From contig NC_068985.1 in the NCBI RefSeq assembly GCF_001194135.2, forward strand, positions 37,372,222-37,436,221: a stretch of DNA of 64,000 nt, written 5' to 3'. The stretch is from Octopus bimaculoides (taxonomy: Eukaryota). Below are positions 1 through 11,240 of this stretch, piece by piece. The notes beneath the pieces are model-generated. The model was not told where the DNA came from. It did not search any database and saw only the letters and a program-made list of their open reading frames with translations. Within the stretch, counting starts at the first letter, position 1; every line of letters begins with the position of its first letter. Made by a program: the position numbers and the translations under genes.

Positions 1-47
<47 letters not shown>

Positions 48-1386
48 CGTTGATACCTCTGGAGCTGCTTCTGATCCATATATAAATTTTTCCGTTGTAT
101 AAAACGTTGTGACATACCATTTTGCATTTAGTCATAGACAGTGATTCAACTTGCATCTGGCTTCGTTCGGGTACATGGTGTTGACAAGTCACAAAAATGA
201 CGAAACATCACTGTCTATCACTTTTAAATGGGACCTGGTACGAGTTATCTCCATTATCTATGACTTCCAGTTGTTTTAACATCAAACTATTGAGGAGAAT
301 ATATTCTCTTAACCCTTGTGTATGTGTGTTCGATATTGTTTACATCTCCCGATCTGCCTCTAATTCATATATATTGGAAGTATGATTTGAATAACACCTG
401 TGTTTGACTCCATTTCTTAATTTATCCATGTTATACAAAAGCATATACATATATTGCAGTAAATAGTCTTCTTAGCGTTCAAATATGTTTCAAACAAACT
501 TTAGGTTCGTTTAAATATGTTTCTCGCGTATTTTAACCACTAAAGACAATCTTACTGCAGTTTGCCGCTGAGAAAATATTCTTGCTTATGATAAAGTAGC
601 GTCTTCTCTTCCATTGATGTATTTCTAGCTCGTTATGCCTTCATCCGTAGGAGATACTAAAGAAAAGCAATTCTGAACTGATTAGAAAGTCATAGCTTTA
701 TAATAGATCAATCAATACTAGTGACTGACTTGCGCTCGCCGACCACCCGGTCAGAGCTATAATTTAAGTACAAGAGCGAAGTGGTTATGAGAAATATATA
801 AACTTTACGTTAGTTCAAATTTGTTTATGACGTTTTAACTTCAGAATGCAATTTCCCTGCAGTTTACCATGGAGAAAAATTACTAATCATAATGGTACAA
901 ACACCTCATTATCAGCTAAGTGCCACACTTACTGTAAGCACTTTGCCATTTCGATGCCTTTGTCGTTGTTTCATATCAGTTCAAACCTAATGCCGCAGAC
1001 CTATGGTGAAAGACATTTCAGCCATTTTAAAAGACCAAGTTGCACTATATTCACTATTGTAACCTTACCATATCGTCGTTGGATCAGTGTTATTAAAGAG
1101 AGATTTTATTTTTTCTAATAGGTAAACGTTCAAATTAAAGACGCCCTTATTGGCTATACTACTTCTATAGACTGTATACAGTATGTATGCTTGGAAGGGC
1201 GAGTATTATCATATTTTCTATGTTCTAACAATGGTCAATTCAGTTTTGACTTTGATCAACTTATCGCAGGCGTCAAAACACATTTAATTCTTATAAGAAT
1301 ACAGAAAACTCTTTCTTTGAAAGTCTCTCTCGCTATCTCTCCCTCCCCTCGTCTCTCTATCTCTTTCTGGATGAAGGAAGACTAAG

Positions 1387-1703
1387 TGTTATTTGAACCC
1401 AGAGGGAAACTTCACCCAATAACAAAACACAATCATACGCCCATACACAAACAGACCCACACATATACATAAGTATATTCTTATATATACATATACACAC
1501 ATACACATACATAGGTACATGCATACATACATACATACATACATACAGACAAACAGACCTTTAATGCATAAATACATACATACTTCAGATATATGTATGT
1601 GTGTGTATATAAACATAAACACATATCATTTATATATCATTTATATATATACATACACCTTTACCCAGTATATATATACGCATAGATACATACGTACGTA
1701 TAT

Positions 1704-1745
<42 letters not shown>

Positions 1746-1830
1746 GTGTGTGTGTGTGTGTGTATGAATATTTGTATGTATTTATGTATGTATGTATGTA
1801 TGTATGTATGTATGCATGTATATGCGTGCG
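1387..1830. repeat. Compound microsatellite tract (CATA)n/(TA)n/(TG)n/(TATG)n
   Basis: Directly visible di- and tetranucleotide runs; source of the spurious YI/HT/VC-repeat ORFs in the track. Confidence 0.9.
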
Positions 1831-2539
1831 CGAACTGACAGCACAAGCAGACACACACGATCCCTTCGAAGTGGATCTAAAGACATTTTTATCTCCTTTA
1901 AGATGACATAATTGCTTCCTTCAGCTATAGAATTACACCATTCCAGTTCTTTTCCATTTGCCTAATTCCCTGACCTTTGATAACATGTTCATCTCCTCTC
2001 GATTTACCGGATATCATTTAGCTTAAATATTCCTTGCGCTTCTAGCCAAAGTATTAAAGAATGGGAATTGTCTTTGATTGGGAACCAAGCTCCTTATATT
2101 TATTCGAGCATAGCAGGGAAAATACCATTTTACATGCCATACATATGTAAAATCCCGAGTAATGTGTGTATTTACTTTGTGTTTGTGTTAGTATGTTTGT
2201 GCAAGCGTGCATGCGTATGTGGGTGCATGCAATAAAAGAAAATATGCATGAGCGTATACATGTATTTATGGTCATATTTATTGTTGGATCTGTTTTATAT
2301 GTATATATGTATATACAAGCATACACACAGACACACAGACACACACACACACAGAGACACACATACACACACACACATACATACATACATATATATAGGC
2401 ATACGTACATTTACACGTTATATGTATACTCACACACACATACACTTACACCCCCATACACACATACTCATATCAATACTACACAGTGAATATGTTTTCT
2501 TTATGCGTTCATTGACTGAGAGATAGTGTCAGGCGAAAC

Positions 2540-3095
2540 GTCCCTTCAAAGCGTCTAGTGTTGAAAAACACTGAATGCCTCAAATCAGGAGAAACAAATT
2601 GCCCAGTAAGCGATCGTGGACGGCGGATATCGATATTTCGCTGTATTTTGCCGCTCCTGAGCACCGTAACACGAGTTGCTTCGCCTGCTTTGAGGTACGT
2701 ATTCGATGGTTTGAAACACGGCATCTTAAAGTGATATTTTCCCTGGTGCTATGCCGCAGCTAAGGAACGCATAAAAAAAAACCCATACAGTACGTATGTG
2801 GTATCGCCAATGTTTGCATTAATAAAGCTACTTCTATTTCACAATTTAATCTTCTTATCCCTGTACAGCGCTGTTGCGCATGAGTAAATAAACTCTAGGC
2901 TATTTGCATATACACCACAATCCTACGATTGCAGTTTGGTCTATGGCAACTTGAGCAGGTGGTACTGAAGCGATGCTACATACAGCAAAAATACCGATAT
3001 CTCGCGTTCACGTTCTCGGTCACTTACGGGGCATGTTGTCTCGCCTGGTTTGAGGTACCCAGCATTTTTTCAACACTCAACGTTTTAAAGAGACA
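2540..3095. repeat. Unclassified repeat present as an inverted pair (2540-2645 + and 2982-3095 -), with a related third fragment near 3885-3960
   Basis: AGTGTTGAAAAACACTGAATGCCTCAAATCAGGAGAAACAAATTGCCCAGTAAG...GATATCGATATTTCGCTGT matches the reverse complement of 2982-3095 (AGTGTTGAAAAATGCTGGGTACCTCAAACCAGGCGAGACAACATGCCCCGTAAG...GATATCGGTATTTTTGCTGT). AGTGTTGAAAAACACAGAATACCTC recurs near 3903. Confidence 0.7.
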
Positions 3096-3244
3096 TTGCT
3101 CCTGAGAACGAACTACGATCGCTGATGTGTGGTAAATATGCAAATAGAGTAAAATTTATTTGCTGATGTGCAGCAGTGCTGTACAGGTAAAACAAAATTC
3201 AAATATGAATTCGTCTTCAGCAACAGCATGAATTCGTATCTCAG

Positions 3245-3815
3245 TAAATATGTAACGAGTGATCGAACCTCTTCATCTTGATGGGTTCAAAGTTTGCCTG
3301 TGCCTGAGGTAGCTGTTCAAGCCAGGGCGGTATAGAGGAGTTGAGGGCATTTATCGCAGTGGAGGGTTGGCGGGGGACGAAGAAATGCGAGTCGTTCTTA
3401 GCGTCTTCGATATCTGATCTTTGTCTCTTGACATCTTTTATTTTCCATTAGGTCTGTTCCCTTCACGATAACATACCACCACTTTGGACGGTCCTTGGTG
3501 TTTGTCCTCAGGTATTTGGGTCAATGGAGCGTCAGTAGGTCAATGGAACTGGTTTTGGCAACAGAATTTGGGGGTTCTACGTTGTCTGGTGCCTAAGGCC
3601 AACTTCGCAAAGAGGATCTATCGGGGAAGGTGCATTTGCGGCATATTTATGATGTGTCCTGGACAATGGACGTGGAAATTTCCCATTGTAGCGAAATTTC
3701 CCATTGTAGCTTCAATGCTGGGCAGTCTGACTCGGAGCAGACCTCTTCATTGGTAATATAGCTCTTCCATCGAAGGACTTAATAATTATAGGCAGCTCTG
3801 ATAATGTAAACATTA
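3245..3815 (-). mobile_element. RTE-clade LINE, decayed 3' portion of ORF (after the RT core)
   Basis: Minus strand translates across frameshifts to VLRWKSYITNEEV...LPSIEATM...GHIINMPQMHLPR*ILFAKLALGTRQRRTPK, matching the RTE pattern 'W..YITNEEV...GH..RM...RLPK.IL..EL..G.R..GRPK'. Contains an 18-bp tandem duplication GAAATTTCCCATTGTAGC (3675-3710). Confidence 0.8.
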
Positions 3816-4210
3816 AAGATACCACATACTTACTGTATGGGTTTGTTTATGTGTTCCTTAGCTGCAGGACAGCCCAAAGAGAAATATCCTTTTAAGACAC
3901 TGAGTGTTGAAAAACACAGAATACCTCGAGGTAGGCGTCTTAAAGTAACATTCCCCCATTATTGTCATAGTGGAAAGTATTACATGGAATTTTCACCAAC
4001 ACATGATGTGTAACACAACGGTATCTAGATATTTCTTCTTCAGATCATATTCCGATTGTGAATGACTGTTGCAAGCTGTCAAACATAAACACACGTCAAT
4101 TACAATTGATCCAAATATACACATTTAGTGTTTGCAGTTGTGAAGTGCTCTTAGGTTTGGTATCTATTCACATTTCGATGACTGACTTAGCAAGATATTA
4201 ATGATGTATG

Positions 4211-4241
<31 letters not shown>

Positions 4242-4366
4242 GCGTGTGTGTATGTATGTATGTATGTATTTAAGTATATGACACTGATGATTGACGACAT
4301 AAAATCAAATACAAGAAACGAAGATACATCGTTTGGCAGCTTCAGATCTAAATTTTATATTGTATA

Positions 4367-5442
4367 CAGGGACTGGACAAAATAATGGAAATAACTAGCA
4401 TCATAACATCATAATTTTGAAATATCTATAAAACCATAAAAAGCTTGTTTATCTTTATGTTTTTTTTTTATTTGTTATTAGCGTTGCTTAATATGTTTTG
4501 CTAAAATTGCTGTTTCTTTTCAGACATCATCAGAAAAAGGTAATTAAAATTCATTAAAATGACAGATCTATCTGACTTTCAAAGAGGCCAAATTGTTGGT
4601 GCTCTCATAGCAGACGCTAGCGTAACGAAAACTGCCGAAATGTTTGGTGTATCAAGAAGTACTGTCTCAAAAGTAATGACAGCCCTTGAGAAAGAGGGAA
4701 AAACCTCCTCGTCGAGACAAAACTCCGGAAGAAAACCAAAACTTTCAGATAGGGAGCGTCGGACTCTTACGCGAATTGTTAGAAAGGATCACAAAAGTAC
4801 AGCTCTCAAAATTACTGCAGAGCTTAATGCCGTCCTCGAGAACCCAGTTTCCACAAAAACTGTTTGCTGAGAGTTGTACACAAAGCCCGATTTCACGGGA
4901 GGGCTGCAATCAGGAAACCACTACTTTCAAAGCGTTTAGAGTGGAGTTGAAACCTACAGAATTGGACCAATGATTTCCCTTCATGGAAGAATTAATAGTC
5001 AAGACTATTTAATCATTTTATCTAATCTAATTCAGCTTATGGTTGCAGAACTGTTTCCGGTGGGAAAATGCAATCTTTCAGGGTGATAATGCACCAATTC
5101 ACACAGCTAAAGTTGCTACTGAATGGCACGAGGAACATTCTAGTAAAGTTGAACATCTTATCTGGCCACCACAGTCCCCAGATCTCAATATTATTGAACG
5201 TTTAGAGTGCATTTTAGAAAAACAAGTAAGGAGTTGATATCTTCTTCCATCATCACTACAAGAACTGGAGACTGTTTTAGCTGAAGAATGGACAATAATT
5301 CCTTTGGAAACAATTCAAACTTTGTGCGATTCCATACCTTGTAGAATTCAAGCTGTAACTACTGCCAAAGGCGGTCCTACTCCATATTAAAATAAGTATG
5401 TTTGAAATTTTATGGTGTCTCCATTATTTTGTCCAACCCATG
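4367..5442 (+). mobile_element. Tc1-superfamily DNA transposon with DD36E spacing, internally deleted (copy 1)
   Basis: TIRs CAGGGACTGGACAAAATAATGGAAA / CCATTATTTTGTCCAACCCATG with flanking TA (4365-66, 5443-44). ORF 4559-4870 is a paired-HTH Tc1 N-terminus (MTDLSDFQRGQIVGA...VSRSTVSKV...GRKPKLSDRERRTL). ORF 5043-5237 carries FQGDNAPIH...WPPQSPDLNIIE. A 189-bp deletion removes the first catalytic Asp. Confidence 0.95.
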
Positions 5443-5639
5443 TATGTACACAGAGAAATACATAAATATATGTCTGTGTGTATACACACACACACACATA
5501 TATATNNNNNNNNNNNNNNNNNNNNNNNNNNNNNNNNNNNNNNNNNNNNNNNNNNNNNNNNNNNNNNNNNNNNNNNNNNNNNNNNNNNNNNNNNNNNNNN
5601 NNNNNNNNNNNNNNNNNNNNNNNNNNNNNNNNNTATATA

Positions 5640-6098
5640 CAGGGTGGGCCAAATGTCACGCACTAAAACCTTTGACATTTTACATTTATATTTACATTGT
5701 TAGTATTATAATATTTTTTTTAAGTCGGCGAGCTTGCAGAGCCCTTAGAACACCCGGCTAAATGCTCACCGGTATTTCGCCCGTCGCTACATTCCGAGTT
5801 CAAATTCCGCCGAGGTCGACTTTATCTTCTATCTTTTCAGGGTCAGTAAAATAAATACTACTTACGCATTGGGGGTCAATATAATGGACTAGCTCCCTCC
5901 CCCAAAGTTTCAGACCGCGTGCGTATAGAAGAAAGGATTATAATTATTATTTCTTTACTTATTTTGTTCATCATGTACAACTACATGCGTATTCATCATT
6001 ATTGTATTTATGTTATTCAATTTTAGAAAAATTAAAACGTCTTTGACAATTCCGTAGCGAATTGAACTTACTTTGTCCGCTACTTTTGGCCCACCCTA
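5640..6098. mobile_element. Tc1/mariner-type MITE with a nested SINE
   Basis: Left end TA|CAGGGTGGGCCAAA at 5640, right end TTTGGCCCACCCTA|TA at 6085-6100; no coding capacity; SINE at 5726-5945 inside. Confidence 0.75.
5726..5945 (+). mobile_element. tRNA-derived SINE, family A (GGCGAGCTGGCAGAA head)
   Basis: GGCGAGCTTGCAG...GAGTTCAAATTCCGCCGAGGTCGACTTT... homologous to 44447-44672 and many other copies in the window; B-box-like GAGTTCAAATTCC. Confidence 0.85.
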
Positions 6099-6644
6099 TA
6101 TGTATGGGTTTATATATATAAACTACAGAATCTCTGAGAGACAGAGAGAAAGACGGACTAAAAAGGAGGGAGATATAGAAATAGAGAGAAAGGGAGAGAG
6201 AGAGAGAGAGAGAGGAGAGGGAGAGAGAGAGAATGTTATAGTGGTAGATAGATTCACTGATTCACAGACAAATCACAGGACGAACAGCCAAATAGATATA
6301 TATTTTCTTTAACTTGAAGATAGCAGCTACCATGCGTGTTAAAGCCTAATTATGCATGCTGCTCAAGGGCTGGGCGTGTGTATGATTCGTAAAAGGTGTG
6401 TAGTTTGTTTGTATGTAACGTCAGCTGCCATATTGTCTATTGGAGTGTGGTTCATTAACCTCGGGAATACATTAGTGGGGAGCTTTAAGACATGGAAGTG
6501 AATACTGGATGGAGGGAGTTAAGTACATAGGAGATTCAAGTAGAAGGATATACAACACTGAAGGATTTAGAATGGCATCTTCTGGCATTCTCCAACCGAA
6601 CTTGAATTCTACAAGCGGAGCATTTATATACACACACGCACGTA

Positions 6645-6690
<46 letters not shown>

Positions 6691-6691
<1 letters not shown>

Positions 6692-6905
6692 GCGCGTGGT
6701 GTAGTGCTTAAGGTGTTGCATTCCAAATCGTAAGAGTATGGTTTCGATCCCTGGACCGGCTGATGGGTTGTGTTCTTGACCAAAACACTTCATTTACTCC
6801 TGTCCATTCAGCTGAGAAACAGAACTCGAGTGAACTCGCGATGGACTAGTATCCCGTTCAGGAAATGGGGAACGACATATACGCCACAAAATCTAGAATA
6901 CGGAG
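6691..6905 (+). mobile_element. tRNA-derived SINE, family D
   Basis: A-box-like GTGGTGTAGTGCTTAAGG, B-box-like GGTTTCGATCCC, then TTGTGTTCTTGACCAAAACACTTCATTT shared with the 8505-8743 and 22199-22500 copies. Confidence 0.8.
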
Positions 6906-8504
6906 GATCATTTGTATCCACATATGATTCAGTAAGGACCAATGATACATTTATATATATATATATATATATNNNNNNNNNNNNNNNNNNNNNNNNNNNN
7001 NNNNNNNNNNNNNNNNNNNNNNNNNNNNNNNNNNNNNNNNNNNNNNNNNNNNNNNNNNNNNNNNNNNNNNNNNNNNNNNNNNNNNNNNNNNNNNNNNNNN
7101 NNNNNNNNNNNNNNNNNNNNNNNNNNNNNNNNNNNNNNNNNNNNNNNNNNNNNNNNNNNNNNNNNNNNNNNNNNNNNNNNNNNNNNNNNNNNNNNNNNNN
7201 NNNNNNNNNNNNNNNNNNNNNNNNNNNNNNNNNNNNNNNNNNNNNNNNNNNNNNNNNNNNNNNNNNNNNNNNNNNNNNNNNNNNNNNNNNNNNNNNNNNN
7301 NNNNNNNNNNNNNNNNNNNNNNNNNNNNNNNNNNNNNNNNNNNNNNNNNNNNNNNNNNNNNNNNNNNNNNNNNNNNNNNNNNNNATATATATATATGCGC
7401 GCCCGCATGTGTACTATAAAAAAGTGTTTACGTATAGGCTACGGCGCCTGATATGTCTTTTTATTTAAGACAGCAAAAATTGAAAGTGGTTTGGCTGCTA
7501 GATCTTGCAGATTGTGTCCTCACCCCACATAGAGGCAAGCTAGAAAATATTGTGACAATAAAATTTATTGCAATAATTAAAATTCTTTTAATTGATTTTC
7601 TGCATTGACCAATAAATAACCAATTAGAAATACGTATACACGGAGGAAAAAACCCCAAAACAAAATGGTCTAAATGATTTGAATAACTTTAACCAAGACC
7701 TTAGTCATGGGAGGCAATTTCCGACATGTTTTGGACTTCATCGACCTCTTCAGTAACATACAGACTTCAATGTATTTGCTGAAGTAATGTGTCATATTTT
7801 ACCAGAGTAGACGTGAAAAATTAACATATTTAGAAATATATATCACGGATGTTAACTATGTGTTTGAGGCATCGTATGCCAGTCTAGCATAAAGACATTG
7901 TGTCAGTGGGGAGTTAACATCAAAGGAATAATTTTCTTCCGTTGCTGATAAGAGTGTGTTTCTCGTCCTATCACGATGTTAATCAGCATTTTCCCTACTG
8001 CTACAACCAGATTATTCTTATCACCGAACACGTTTATTTAGCAGATATTCATACGCGCACACATGCGTATATATACTCGTATAATCACCAAAACCCATTT
8101 GCAAGTATCCAAACGCACACCCATCCACAAAGTTGATCAAAATAAAGTTATGTATATAAGCATGTATATATCTATTTATATATGTATGTATGTTTATAGG
8201 TATGTATATGTGTGCTTATGGGATTTTTTTTTTTGTAGTAGAATAAATAGTAAGGGAAATTGCTTGAGTGAGATTTTAAACACTGATGTTGCTTTTTAGT
8301 TGTTAATGGGCTGAATCACTTCATTGAAAGTTTCGTTTTTCACTGAAGAAATCAATGGCGTTACTTGATAGTGGAAAATAAGGCTGTTCGCCTTCCTCTC
8401 GCTCTCTCTGTATCTATATTTTTCTACCTACCTCCGTATCTATCTCTCTATGTATGCATGTATGTATGTATATACGTGTGTGTGAAAAAAAGCATAAAGT
8501 TACC

Positions 8505-8743
8505 TTCTCGAGTCATAACGATTCACAAGGGCCAGTTTCCTGGTTTCCATAGCGTATATATTCTCCACCTGGACGGGAAGCCGGTCCGTCGCAGGATTAC
8601 TAATTTTTGCTAGCCGTGTGTACTGAAGCAACGTGAAATGAAGTGTATTGCTGAAGAACACAACACGTCACCCGGTTCAGGAATCGAAACCACAATCTTA
8701 TGATCATGAGTACAGCACCTTAACCACAAACCCACGTGCCTCC
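8505..8743 (-). mobile_element. tRNA-derived SINE, family D
   Basis: Reverse complement GGAGGCACGTGGGTTTGTGGTTAAGG...GGTTTCGATTCCTGAACCGGG...TTGTGTTCTTCAGCAATACACTTCATTTCACGTTGC is homologous to 6691-6905. Confidence 0.8.
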
Positions 8744-9353
8744 ACTGAGTGTATGTGCGTGTGTGTGTGTGTGTGTGTGTGTGCGTGTGTATGTGTGTGT
8801 GTGTGTGTGTATGTGCCAATCACTCCACGCTCAAGACGGAGACCAAATTTATGGTAATTTTCATATGCATCTACTACTGGTTGCATAACCTTGACATTTT
8901 GCACTCTCCATCTACCAACATAACAACTATAAAGTAATTCCGCGTCCCTAGAGATAGCTGTCGGACCCGAAATACCATGTCACCTCCCCTTAGTTTTTTC
9001 TATCGTCTATAGTCTATGTAATCCTGTTCAGTAAATATATAGATATCTATATGCTTTTATACGAATGTTCATCCTCCGGATACTTTCAGTTTTTGTTTCG
9101 CTCTCTATATAACCCTATATACATTCACATGTATAGCTGTGCATAAATTTTATATATCATATAAACAAGCGAGTTTATTTGTTTACTTGCACCATTATCT
9201 CCGTATCAGCTCATCTGGATTCCTCTCATATAGCCACCCTTTACCCAGTGAACTCAATGCTCGATAAAGATTTTGAAATGCAGTTTCAAGTTATTTGCGC
9301 ACTACAATGTGTTTCCTATATTGGCCATCATCTCTGAATCTAACCTATTGACG

Positions 9354-9396
<43 letters not shown>

Positions 9397-9462
9397 CATC
9401 ATGGCCGCAGTGAAATGATTGAAACAAGTAAAAGATAAATATACATACTGTACGATACAGAA

Positions 9463-9631
9463 AAGAACATATTTTTTCGCACACAAAATTGTCATTAGAA
9501 CAACAGAATTACTGGCTAAATTACCCTCATAAGGCGGAAAAAGTTTATCAGCAAGCAACCATGTGACACGAACCCATATCTCAACCTCTAAGACTTCAGC
9601 TGAGTGCTTTACCGTTAAGCTAAACCGCTGG
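9463..9631 (-). mobile_element. tRNA-derived SINE, family E (left member of a divergent inverted pair)
   Basis: Reverse complement TTTAGCTTAACGGTAAAGCACT...GATATGGGTTCGTGTC...GAGGGTAATTTAGCCAGTAATTCTGTTGTTCTAATGACAATT aligns with 9738-9900. Confidence 0.75.
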
Positions 9632-9737
9632 CAAATACACCCGCCGGTTTAGACGCAAAATAACTTATACAATATTGCGGGTGTATAACTATACACAAAT
9701 TAACATTTGTTTTTATGAGAAGAGTCGCACTTGTCAA

Positions 9738-9900
9738 GGGGTAGTTTAGCTTATTAGTGAAGCCCTTAGTCAAAGTCGTGGAGGATATGGGTTCGAGTCC
9801 TATAGCTGTTTGCTGACAATTTTTTTTCGTCTTGTAAGGGTAATTTACTCAGTATTTCTGCTGTTCTAACGGCAATTCTGTGTTCGTCAATATTTCTTCT
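9738..9900 (+). mobile_element. tRNA-derived SINE, family E (right member of the inverted pair)
   Basis: TTTAGCTTATTAGTGAAGCCCT...GATATGGGTTCGAGTCC (B box)...AAGGGTAATTTACTCAGTATTTCTGCTGTTCTAACGGCAATT. Confidence 0.75.
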
Positions 9901-9969
9901 TGTTTGTATCATGCAATACACATTTCGAAGCTTCTAATAACAATGTTAGTTTGTTTATAATTTTACACT

Positions 9970-10012
<43 letters not shown>

Positions 10013-10065
10013 GTAAATATTTTCGCAAATAAAACTGTATTTCATGTCTGAAGCTCCGAAGTAGC

Positions 10066-10311
10066 AATATGGTGAGAGTCATGTCATGTTACGTGTAGAG
10101 CCATTGGACGATAAGTAAATGACCAAAATTTAAAATAAAAGGGGTATTTGGTGGAATATTCCTCTGAGCTATTTTTTTCCTAACCAATGCCCCATCCGTA
10201 CAGAGGAATATCCCACTAAATACCCCGTTTTATTTTGAATTTTGGTCATTTACTTATCGTCCAATGACTCTACACGCAACATGGTGCAAGTCATGTGACT
10301 TGCACCATATT
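10066..10311. mobile_element. Palindromic (foldback/MITE-like) element
   Basis: About 82-bp inverted arms (10085-10166 and 10201-10283) with few mismatches around a 34-bp spacer; terminal AATATGGTG / CACCATATT; internal hairpin ATGGTGCAAGTCA-TG-TGACTTGCACCAT (10281-10308). Confidence 0.85.
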
Positions 10312-10425
10312 CAACCTTTCCTTCTTCTTTTCTTGTCTCTTCTTTTTATTTACTTATTTTCCACTCTGATGAAGCTCCATGATTCAAATCAGTTTTATTA
10401 TCAACCATAATAAATATTCTCTTAC

Positions 10426-10611
10426 CATCATAAGGGTAATTCCAAAGAAAATTAGCAGCAGAAACAGCCATTCGATAGGATGCAGTCTTTTTGTAAATTA
10501 TTAGTAAATTATTATTGATACAAATCAATTGTAGTTCATCAATGTTATTTCCATTTTCTATTTTCTTCAAATTTTGATTCATGATAAACTCCTGTTTATC
10601 CTTGTCTGTAC
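10426..10611 (-). CDS. Candidate internal exon, unidentified product
   Basis: Open frame (T)DKDKQEFIMNQNLKKIENGNNIDELQLICINNNLLIIYKKTASYRMAVSAANFLWNYPYD(G) ending at a good donor G|GTAAGA; acceptor weak (TATAG). No family recognised. Confidence 0.2.
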
Positions 10612-10925
10612 CTATATCTCACGAGCTTAATTTTTCCCATGTTTAAATACGAGGTATAAGTAATATGCCGCTAGTATTTTGAGTTCGTTTATCCCTTAGA
10701 CGGTTATTTTAGCCTCAAACTCAACTAACCTTAAATATATATATATATTAGTGTGCATGTACACACACGTAGATATATAGGCACGTGTATATACAGACAT
10801 ACAAATATACATATAAGTGTATCTGGGTGGTAATGTATGAATGTGGGAGAGCGCATGATTTTTCCAGGATTTTGTTGCTAGATACATACATGTACATTAC
10901 AGGAGACTGAATAATTGTCTCTTTG

Positions 10926-10989
<64 letters not shown>

Positions 10990-11013
10990 AAAAGGCAAAA
11001 GAGAGTCACTTAC

Positions 11014-11085
11014 TGTTATAGTTTCTTCAATGAGAATATTGACCAAGGTTACCGTGGTCTTTTCCGTAGGCTTTTCTTTCCACGG
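11014..11085 (-). CDS. Candidate 72-nt phase 0-0 exon, unidentified product
   Basis: TTTAG|CCG...ACA|GTAAGT; open as PWKEKPTEKTTVTLVNILIEETIT. Splice-signal evidence only. Confidence 0.2.
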
Positions 11086-11139
11086 CTAAACCTAAACTGT
11101 CCTCCCTTCTTTTTACACGAGAACATTACTGTGATACAC

Positions 11140-11240
11140 GATCCCTATTGATCGCTCTTTTTCTTTTTTTTCTCTCGATCCCTTTTGATCGAACTCCCCC
11201 CTTTCTCCCTTCCTACGATCCCTTTTGATCGACACCCCCN
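11140..11240. repeat. Minisatellite (about 37-40 bp unit, core GATCCCTTTTGATCG) running into an assembly gap
   Basis: Core at 11140, 11177 and 11217, immediately followed by the N gap 11241-11861. Confidence 0.65.

Noticed and set aside
10346-10425. IFIMVDNKTDL resembling a small-GTPase NKxD (G4) motif
   Set aside because: No G1 (GxxxxGKS) or G3 motif upstream, and it lies just downstream of a strong donor site; likely chance.
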